From assembly GCF_006345805.1 (NCBI RefSeq), contig NC_043018.1, positions 17,732,001 to 17,796,000 of the forward strand: a stretch of 64,000 bases of DNA, written 5' to 3'. The notes below the pieces were generated by a model. That model was not told where the DNA came from and did not search any database. It worked only from the letters and a program-made list of their open reading frames with translations. This document shows positions 63,346 to 64,000 of the stretch, piece by piece. Position 1 is the stretch's first letter, and each line of letters starts with the position of its first letter. This DNA comes from Octopus sinensis. Taxonomy: Eukaryota. The position numbers and the translations under genes were made by a program.

Positions 63346-63504
63346 AGATAGACAGGTAGTTGTATTGACTCGCAATAAGAGGAGAAAGAAGATCAGTCAA
63401 ATGGCTTCAATAAACTTACAACAGAAGACATAGGTTCGGTACCAGTGGGTACCAGATCCATATATTTCAATCGAGTTGAAGATGCAGCATTGAACTGTAT
63501 AACC

Positions 63505-63736
63505 TATTTTTTTTACTACCCACAAGGGGCTAAATGCAGAGAGGACAAACAAGAATAGACGAACGGATTAAGTCTATTATATCGACTCCAGTGCGTAACT
63601 GGTACTTATTTAATCGACCCCGAAAGGATGAAAGGCAAAGTCGACCTCGGCGGAATTTGAACTCAGAACGTAATGGCAGATGAAATACCGCTAAGCATTT
63701 CGCCCGGCGTGCTAACGTTTCTGCCAGCTCGCCGCC
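63505..63736 (-). mobile_element. SINE family B monomer with perfect 15-bp TSD
   Basis: TTGAACTGTATAACC at 63490-63504 and 63737-63751. Confidence 0.92.
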
Positions 63737-64000
63737 TTGAACTGTATAACCATACAACGCAAGAGCAGACATGTGACATCCAATGTTCTTAGATACCGTT
63801 TATTAAATTCCACTCGAATGATTTGCCAAAACTGGACCTATATGGAAAGATATATACTAATGTGCCACAAGGGATTGCTGCCGTTTCAAAGTGATTTAAA
63901 GTTAAATATGGTTTCTGTGCTAAAAGTTGTGTCAATGAAAAATAGCTAAGACATACTTTAGAGAGAAACAGAAAGTCAATCAATCAACGTTAATGACTAA

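Overview
AT-rich, extremely microsatellite-dense metazoan DNA. The repeat content looks like an octopod cephalopod genome (inference from recalled repeat sequences, not a database result). No host protein-coding gene can be supported, and almost all short ORFs in the track are translations of (TA)/(TG)/(GATA)/(TAA)/(GAA) repeats. Supported content: (1) a young, 5'-truncated Tx1/L1-group LINE with an uninterrupted ORF2 (RT + CCHC), inserted in a (GATA)n array; (2) four R4/Dong-type LINE remnants, the two 3'-end copies in (TAA)n; (3) about 20 copies or fragments of tRNA-head SINEs in three main families (my labels A, B, C), several with TSDs, nesting or dimerisation; (4) a non-coding (TAA)n-embedded retroposon (family D); (5) short (TA)n-embedded elements carrying minimal hammerhead-ribozyme motifs (Penelope-like or retrozyme-like); (6) Tc1, mariner and piggyBac remnants; (7) local duplications, including a templated insertion and a tandem repeat with codon-periodic divergence. 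The most interesting pattern is that different retroelement classes occupy different microsatellite motifs. Element boundaries are approximate unless TSDs are given.
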